DNA of 64,000 bases, from assembly GCA_044223005.1 (NCBI GenBank), contig JBGAML010000012.1, positions 88,392 through 152,391 on the forward strand. Direction: 5' to 3'. This document shows positions 58,363 through 64,000 of this stretch, in pieces. Origin of the DNA: Candidatus Eiseniibacteriota bacterium (GTDB lineage: Bacteria > Eisenbacteria > RBG-16-71-46). The translations under genes and the position numbers were made by a program. The notes under the pieces were generated by a model, which worked only from the letters and a program-made list of their open reading frames with translations, ran no database searches and had not been told where the DNA came from. Within the stretch, counting starts at the first letter, position 1. Every line of letters begins with the position of its first letter.

Positions 58363-59064
58363 TCAGTGCGTCGAGTCGGCCGGTGCGGCCGGAAACACGG
58401 CCGCCCAGCGGCCGAAGAGCCGGGTCAGGGTCTCGGCGTAGCTCGGCGCGCCGCCCTGGTTGGTCATGGGATCGTTGTTGAGCCCGCTCGCGCGCATGCC
58501 GAGCGCACTCGCCGACGCGTCCTGGTAGGGCCCCTCCGCCGTCTCGCTCCCGCTGGCGGTCCACAGCAGCCGGCCCGAAGAGTCGACCAGCGCCGCGGTG
58601 ATCTCGACCGTCGTCGTCGGTTTGCCCGACTGCTCGCGCTCGAGCTGCATGCGCTCCATGCGGTCGACGCGCAGCGTCAGCAGGCCGCGCGCGCGCAGGA
58701 TGCGGCCGTACGTGCGGGCCTGCGTCGTGTCGAGGAAGCCGTGCTTGAGCACGTACTGGTTCGTCGCCTTGATCAGCGAGTCGCCACCCTCGCGCAGCAT
58801 CTGGTCGCGCGCGACGATCGCCGACACCCAGCGGTAGCCAGCGCCTTTCACCGCCTGGCCGAACGCGGCCTCGGTGAGCTTGCGGGCTTCGAGGCTGTTG
58901 TCGAACGTCGCCGCGGGCAGCATCGCCACGGAGCGCACGCCGAAGCTCGCGAAGTCGGGCGCGGTGAAGAACCGGTCGCTGGTGCGCGGGCCCTTGCCGG
59001 CGAACGCGGGCACCGAACACGCGAGGACGAGAAGGAGCAGTGCGAGACGCGGCACGCGACGCAT
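58363..59064 (-). CDS. Hypothetical exported protein (TolB-N/CsgG-like alpha/beta fold possible)
   Basis: Signal peptide. Patterns SVAMLP, ARTYGRIL.A.GLL and TAALVD..GRLLW. Confidence 0.65.
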   Translation of the reverse strand: MRRVPRLALLLLVLACSVPAFAGKGPRTSDRFFTAPDFASFGVRSVAMLPAATFDNSLEARKLTEAAFGQAVKGAGYRWVSAIVARDQMLREGGDSLIKATNQYVLKHGFLDTTQARTYGRILRARGLLTLRVDRMERMQLEREQSGKPTTTVEITAALVDSSGRLLWTASGSETAEGPYQDASASALGMRASGLNNDPMTNQGGAPSYAETLTRLFGRWAAVFPAAPADSTH

Positions 59065-59080
59065 GCGAACCCCCTTCACG

Positions 59081-59110
59081 AAAAAACCCCGCGGCGCATC
59101 GCCGCGGGGG
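59081..59110 (-). terminator. Rho-independent terminator of the tRNA operon
   Basis: Minus strand reads CCCCGCGGCG-ATG-CGCCGCGGGG-TTTTTT. Confidence 0.8.
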
Positions 59111-59132
59111 GAACCGTCACCGCCCGTTCGAA

Positions 59133-59209
<77 letters not shown>

Positions 59210-59252
59210 GCATCGAAACCAGGTGCTGCACGGGGCGGATTGCACCCCCCAA

Positions 59253-59344
59253 TGGCGGAGTGGAGAGGATTCGAACCTCCGAACCGGTTTTACCCGATTA
59301 ACCGCTTAGCAGGCGGCTGCCTTCGGCCACTCGGCCACCACTCC
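59253..59344 (-). tRNA. tRNA-Ser(GCT)
   Basis: GGAGTGG acceptor stem, arm GCCGC-CT-GCT-AA-GCGGT, long variable arm, GCCA end. Confidence 0.96.
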
Positions 59345-59357
59345 AACTTCTCAACGC

Positions 59358-59445
59358 TGGCGGAGGGAGTAGGATTCGAACCCACGGAGCCTTGCGGCTC
59401 AACGGTTTTCAAGACCGCCGCCTTCGACCACTCGGCCATCCCTCC
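59358..59445 (-). tRNA. tRNA-Ser(TGA)
   Basis: GGAGGGA acceptor stem, arm GCGGT-CT-TGA-AA-ACCGT, long variable arm, GCCA end. Confidence 0.96.
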
Positions 59446-59565
59446 GCGAAGTCTCTCGGAGCGAAATCGCTCGACAGGTGACCCGGGGCTCCAGAGCCCC
59501 CTCACGATGCCAGGAACAGCCGCGAGGTCTTCGGCGGCCCAGCCCCCGAAGTCCAGCGGGCACGG

Positions 59566-59594
59566 AAGTTACACGCTGCGGGCCGTTCCTGCAA
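59566..59594 (-). promoter_or_regulatory. Putative sigma70 promoter of the tRNA operon (TTGCAG-N17-TAACTT)
   Basis: Correct spacing, about 120 nt upstream of the first tRNA. Confidence 0.5.
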
Positions 59595-59657
59595 GCCGGG
59601 TAGCGGAACGGCCCGGGACCGATGGTCCCGGGCCGTCGCATGCGCAGGGGAACGCGT

Positions 59658-60260
59658 TCAGCGCGCGCTGGCGGCCTGCACTTCCGTGATACCCAGCGAC
59701 TGGCACGCGAGCGCCGTCCAGCCCCGCGAGGGATTCGCACCCTCGCCGGCGCCGCGCACGCGACCCTTGTGATCGATCACGAACCACATCGCGCGCGGGG
59801 CGCGCGTGTTCGCATCCAGCGCGCCGTACTGCTCGGCGATCGCCGCATGCGGGTCCGCGAGAAGGCTGTAGGAGAGGTTGTGGCGGCGCACGAGGCTCCA
59901 CGTGTCACCGGCGTTCCGGCCGACGACGGCGACCGGCACGATGCCGTTGCGGATCAGCGATTCCTGGTCGCGTTCGATCTCGGCGAGCTGATCCTCGCTC
60001 GCGCCGAACACCAGGATCACGCTGCCCTGGTCGAGCATGTTGTGGAGGTTCTGCCAGAGGTAGTCGCGCGACTGGTACGCGAAGTCGGGCGCGTTCTGGC
60101 CGATGGTGGGCGGTGCGACGACGCCGCGCGTGCTGGGAGCCGAAGCGACGGTGACGGCGTTGTTCGTGGCGACGACATTCGTCGCCCCGGTGGGCACAAT
60201 GGGATGCTGCGCCTGGACGGCAGCCAGCAACCCGGCCGCGAGCAGGTGGCCGAAGTTCAA
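59658..60260 (-). CDS. Exported AhpC/TSA (peroxiredoxin-like) fold protein without the catalytic Cys motif
   Basis: TTG start after AGGAGGA. Motifs IGQNAPDF, SVILVF, LLADP..IAEQYG and FVIDHKGRVR. Confidence 0.7.
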   Translation of the reverse strand: MNFGHLLAAGLLAAVQAQHPIVPTGATNVVATNNAVTVASAPSTRGVVAPPTIGQNAPDFAYQSRDYLWQNLHNMLDQGSVILVFGASEDQLAEIERDQESLIRNGIVPVAVVGRNAGDTWSLVRRHNLSYSLLADPHAAIAEQYGALDANTRAPRAMWFVIDHKGRVRGAGEGANPSRGWTALACQSLGITEVQAASAR

Positions 60261-60345
60261 GACTTCCTCCTGAATGTGGACTGCGGGGTCGCGAGGGGGA
60301 ATCGGGTGGGTCCGACGGGTATCGGCCGGAACCGCGCCCGACTTG

Positions 60346-60362
60346 AGCAACCCCCACGCCAG
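60346..60362 (-). promoter_or_regulatory. Putative sigma54 promoter (CTGGCGTGGGGGTTGCT)
   Basis: TGGC-N7-TTGCT with exact GG-N10-GC spacing, 85 nt upstream of the start. Confidence 0.6.
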
Positions 60363-60448
60363 CCGCGAAAACCGCCCTCCGGACGCGTTCCCGCGCCTCA
60401 TTCCGCACCCGCGCGATGCGTTCCGCGCGGAGCGCGCCACGCGTGCGC

Positions 60449-60496
60449 GAAAACGCGCATCGCCGCCCCGTGCGGCGCGCACGGAGCGGCGATGCG
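60449..60496 (-). terminator. Terminator hairpin after the 60522 gene
   Basis: CGCATCGCCGCCCCGTGC / GCACGGAGCGGCGATGCG with TTTT on the minus strand. Confidence 0.7.
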
Positions 60497-60521
60497 ATTC
60501 GAGCGGCGGGAGCCGCGCGCG

Positions 60522-63500
60522 TCAACGCACGAGCACGCCTCGCGTCACGACGACGTCACGGCCCTGCGCGAGCCGCAGCCAGTAGACGCCCGCCGGCAGC
60601 GTCGCGCCGAGCGGCACGCGGTGCGTGCCGGGCCCGAACGCGCTCACGTCGCGCAGCAGCACGCGGCGTCCCGCGAGATCGAGCATCTGCAGGCTCGCGC
60701 GCTCGCGGCTCGCGAGCGTGAATGCGAGCTGCACCTCGCCGCGACCCGGGTTCGGCGTGAAGCCGCGGATCGCCAGCCGCGCCTCGCGCGGCACGTCGAG
60801 CCACGTCTCCCCCGCGTACGGCGCGCCGCCGCCCGCACCCAGCGCGAGCCGCCAGCCCACGCGCGTGCCGGGCTCGAGGCCGGTCTCGCTCCACACGAGC
60901 CGCCCGGTCGGCGATGCGTTCACGCTCGCGAGCGACGTCCATCCGTCGCTGCCGCTCGAACGCTGCACCGTCGCGCTCGCGGCGCCGGCGAGCAGCCACT
61001 CCAGTTCCGCGCCGCCCGGCGTCGCGCTCGCCGAGACGAGCGAAGCGAGCGTCGCGGTCGAGCGGTCGCAGGCGTTGGGCACGCCGATGCCCGCGTTGAT
61101 CGCACCGAGGCCGGTCGCGATCGCGTCGTAGGCGGCCGCGACGTCCGGGTCGGAGAGCGGGAGGCCTTCGAGGTCGAGCAGGCGCGAATCGACCCCGGCG
61201 GACTGCTGACGCCGGCGCGAGAGCACGAAGCGATCGCCCGCGGCGAGCGCGACGGGAGGTGCCGGTTCGCGGAACGCGCAGACGTACTCCCACGGCAACG
61301 CCCCGTCGGCGAGTGCGCCGTCGATCGCGAGCTCGGGACGCGGCGAGCCCGTCGTGGGCCGAGCGAGCACGAACAGGTACTCGCGTCCGCCGAACTGGCT
61401 GCTGTCGGGAGCCCACGTCGAGTCGAACGTCGCAGGCTGGTTGGCCGGGAGCTGGATCGTCCCGTCGTTCTCGGTGACGACGCGCTCGGCGTAGCCCACG
61501 TCGAGCACCTCGCCCGTCACGGAATCGCGCGCGACGAACGGCACGTCGACGTAGCCCGCGTACGCATACACCCGGCCAGGGCTCGGCGCGAAACCGCCCG
61601 CCGTCTCGTAACGCAGGTAGCGGTGCGCCTTGCCCGGATGCGCGGGATCGAACTCGAGCGTCACGGTGTGGAAGGAATCCGGCATCGTCGCCGGATCGAG
61701 CGAGGACCCCAGGAAGAAGAAGTTGAAGGCGTAGTCCGCGCCGCCACCGAACGCGCGCAACACGAAGTCTGCCGGAAGGTACGGATCCGGCGCTCCGGGC
61801 GTCGCGGTCTCGAACTGTCCCCGCAGGTCGACCGTGAGCGACGCCGCCGTCGCCATCTCCCCCACCGTGGTGCCGAGCACGCCCGGGATCGTCAGCGGGA
61901 GCGCAGAGTCCAGCCGGATCGGTGGCTCGCCGCTGGGCACGACGGGAATCGATGCCGCGAGCACGTTGGCGAGGAATGCGGCGTACTGGGCCTTGGCCCG
62001 CGCACGCGCGTCGGCCGTGCCCGAGAGCGTCTGGCAGAAGTTCCCGACCTCGTCAGCCACCCAGCCGAACGACTGCGCGCGCCCGTCAACGTACGCGCCG
62101 AGAGACCAAAGTTGCGCGTTGGACAGGTGAGGTCCCTCCGGGCATTCGAGTGCGTAGTGGTCGGGCGTCCGCGGGCAGTTGAGCGGCAGGGTGCAATCGG
62201 GCAGCGGCGGTCCCGGCAGGGCGAACCCGGAATGGAACACGGTGTCGATCCAGTCGTCCGCGCACCGGAGCTGGCCCCATGAGGCGAGCCGGTCGTTGCC
62301 CGAGCCGACGATCAGCGCGGCCCACACGTCCAGCGAATCCCCCGGGGCGAGCAGGTGCGGCCCGCGCGCGATCAGCATGCGCCGGTCGGCGGGGTTCGAA
62401 TCGACCCACCCCGTGAGCGCCACGGGATCGCCGGTCACTTCGAACGTCGTGACCCGGTTCGTCGTCGGATCGACGATCGGCGAGCCGTCGGGCGCGAGGC
62501 CCTGCAGGGTGTTCCAGCTTTCGGCGGCGGTCCTCGGGTCGATCCCGTTGACATAGCGGCGGAAGGCGGCGGCGCCGTGCTCGGCACCAGGTCCGACGCC
62601 GTCGTCGAACAGGTCGACACCGAGCGCGGGCGGCGCGCTGCCGTAGATCGCGTCGGCGTTGGTGGCGTTGTAGGCGAAGCCGAGCGAGCGGGGGCCGTTG
62701 CAGCCCACGAGATCGTCCGCCGAGCCGCCGAGATCGGGATCGAGCCAGAACGCGGCGCGCGTGGCATCGAGCGTGTTCGTGCCGCGATTGACGATGTGCC
62801 AGTGCACGAACGCCGCGCGCGCGAGCGGGCCCGGGCGGTCGAAGCCGAACACGGTCTGCCGCACCTCGATCCCGAGCGGCGCCGTGCCGCCCGCGGCATT
62901 CGTGTGCCGGCTGGGCGCATCGTCGTTGAAGACGCACCAGAGCATCAGGTCGCCAGCCACGTCCGGCCCCAGTACCGTCACCGAATCCCCCGGCGCGGCG
63001 CCGGGCAGCTTCCACTCGCGCACCGGCGCGCCGTGCGGCGCGGCGTGCGTGACGTAGTCGCTCCACGAGTGATGCACCACCGGATCGAGTGTCTGGTCGG
63101 CTGCCAGCTCGCCCGCGGTGTGCACGACTTCGGCGGTGTCCGACGGATCGCCGGTCCACGCCTTCATCTTCCACACGACGAGATCGGGATCGGCCGGGTC
63201 CTCACCCACCCCGCCCGGCATGCCACCGGGCTGGAACTCCGACGAATACTCCGCGAGCGCGAGCCGGGGTGAGCCCGCGACCGTCGCGCCCACCCAGAGC
63301 CCGCCGGCATAGAGCACCGACTGCGTCGTCCCGCGCGGGAAGAACAAGCCCGGCAGAGCGAGAAACGGGTTGTACCCGATCCAGCCGAGGTTGCTGACCG
63401 AGAGGTTCAGTTCGTTCACGTCGAGCCGCCGGTCGACGCTCTCGCTGCGGGCGCGCGTGGGCACGGCGTGACGGACGGGGACCGCGGCGATCGCCGGCAG

Positions 63501-63560
63501 TGCCAGCAGGGCGATCGCGGCGGCGGCGAGACGCAACGAAGTGCGCGAGGGCATGGACAT
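60522..63560 (-). CDS. Large secreted protein of unknown function with T9SS-A-like C-terminal domain (start may be 63554)
   Basis: Signal peptide. Motifs GLFFPRGT...LYAGGLW.G, PLGIEV.Q, W.DPDLG...DDLVG and PADRRML. C-terminal PNP...DLAGRRV...AGVYWLRL.QG. Confidence 0.85.
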   Translation of the reverse strand: MSMPSRTSLRLAAAAIALLALPAIAAVPVRHAVPTRARSESVDRRLDVNELNLSVSNLGWIGYNPFLALPGLFFPRGTTQSVLYAGGLWVGATVAGSPRLALAEYSSEFQPGGMPGGVGEDPADPDLVVWKMKAWTGDPSDTAEVVHTAGELAADQTLDPVVHHSWSDYVTHAAPHGAPVREWKLPGAAPGDSVTVLGPDVAGDLMLWCVFNDDAPSRHTNAAGGTAPLGIEVRQTVFGFDRPGPLARAAFVHWHIVNRGTNTLDATRAAFWLDPDLGGSADDLVGCNGPRSLGFAYNATNADAIYGSAPPALGVDLFDDGVGPGAEHGAAAFRRYVNGIDPRTAAESWNTLQGLAPDGSPIVDPTTNRVTTFEVTGDPVALTGWVDSNPADRRMLIARGPHLLAPGDSLDVWAALIVGSGNDRLASWGQLRCADDWIDTVFHSGFALPGPPLPDCTLPLNCPRTPDHYALECPEGPHLSNAQLWSLGAYVDGRAQSFGWVADEVGNFCQTLSGTADARARAKAQYAAFLANVLAASIPVVPSGEPPIRLDSALPLTIPGVLGTTVGEMATAASLTVDLRGQFETATPGAPDPYLPADFVLRAFGGGADYAFNFFFLGSSLDPATMPDSFHTVTLEFDPAHPGKAHRYLRYETAGGFAPSPGRVYAYAGYVDVPFVARDSVTGEVLDVGYAERVVTENDGTIQLPANQPATFDSTWAPDSSQFGGREYLFVLARPTTGSPRPELAIDGALADGALPWEYVCAFREPAPPVALAAGDRFVLSRRRQQSAGVDSRLLDLEGLPLSDPDVAAAYDAIATGLGAINAGIGVPNACDRSTATLASLVSASATPGGAELEWLLAGAASATVQRSSGSDGWTSLASVNASPTGRLVWSETGLEPGTRVGWRLALGAGGGAPYAGETWLDVPREARLAIRGFTPNPGRGEVQLAFTLASRERASLQMLDLAGRRVLLRDVSAFGPGTHRVPLGATLPAGVYWLRLAQGRDVVVTRGVLVR

Positions 63561-63761
63561 CCTCCGGGAGTGGGGCGGGGGACGACACCGATGTTCGCAT
63601 CGTACGCCCGGTGCGGAGGGCGTCGCGCGGCCAAAGCGGGAAGTGACTCCCCCCCCGGCGCCCGGTACTGCGAGTGCGTCGCGCGCCCAGACCGATTTCC
63701 CTCGGCGGAGATCGGCGCAGGGCGCCCTCGCCGTTCGGGCGCCCGACGCACTCGGACATCA

Positions 63762-63800
63762 CATCGCCGCCCCGTGCGTGCGGCTCACGGGGCGGCGATG
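63762..63800 (-). terminator. Hairpin homologous to the one at 60458-60494
   Basis: CATCGCCGCCCCGTG-N9-CACGGGGCGGCGATG. Confidence 0.65.
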
Positions 63801-63829
63801 AGACGTCGCCGCTCGCGGCGGCGCATCCA

Positions 63830-64000
63830 CTAGCGCACCAGAACCCCTCGCGTGACCACCACGTCACGGCCCTGCGCGAGCCGCAGCCAGTAGACGCCCG
63901 CCGGCAGCGTCGCGCCGAGCGGCACGCGGTGCGTGCCGGGCCCGAACGCGCTCACGTCGCGCAGCAGCACGCGGCGTCCCGCGAGATCGAGCATCTGCAG
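63830..64000 (-). CDS. 3' end of a paralogous secreted protein that runs off the window
   Basis: Translates to LQMLDLAGRRVLLRDVSAFGPGTHRVPLGATLPAGVYWLRLAQGRDVVVTRGVLVR*, identical to the last 56 aa of 60522-63560. Confidence 0.9.
   Translation of the reverse strand: MQMLDLAGRRVLLRDVSAFGPGTHRVPLGATLPAGVYWLRLAQGRDVVVTRGVLVR

Noticed and set aside
59358..59445. tRNA with TGA anticodon as a possible tRNA-Sec, given the selenium genes
   Set aside because: Anticodon UGA reads UCA (Ser). tRNA-Sec has anticodon UCA and a longer acceptor stem.
60553..64000. C-terminal repeat pair as a DGR TR/VR
   Set aside because: The differences are synonymous third-position changes, not A-to-N, and both copies are coding.

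Overview
A very GC-rich bacterial window. Several secreted proteins end in a FlgD/T9SS-A-like domain, which suggests an FCB-related candidate lineage such as Ca. Eisenbacteria (inference). Main blocks: (i) secreted multidomain proteins, a DUF2934 protein and an RND pump (1-12.5 kb). (ii) A signalling module (12.9-20.4 kb). Its core is a 1693-aa fusion of Ser/Thr kinase, NTPase, TPR, GAF and sigma54-activator domains with a non-canonical GAFTGA loop. Five copies of a 16-bp palindrome cluster at its two ends, and a sigma54-type promoter downstream precedes an orphan small secreted protein and a hybrid histidine kinase. (iii) An operon of arginine synthetase-like arcE, rocD and ornithine carbamoyltransferase (21.4-25 kb). 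(iv) A divergent ~25-kb anaerobic purine/urate catabolism locus with selenium-dependent molybdenum hydroxylases (29.7-54.5 kb). It holds arcC, ygeW, ygeY, xdh, ssnA, a short ygfK, ygfM, xdhD, an amidohydrolase, a mocA-yqeB fusion and yqeC, plus a leftward arm of PLP enzymes. The leftward arm is interrupted by lower-GC DNA containing a 212-bp duplicated gene end. (v) A GH13 amylase, tadA, three tRNAs, a peroxiredoxin-fold protein lacking the catalytic Cys, and two tandem secreted paralogs with a gene-conversion-like tract. No CRISPR array, rRNA, integrase or transposase was seen. All function calls come from recognising motifs by eye; no searches were run.
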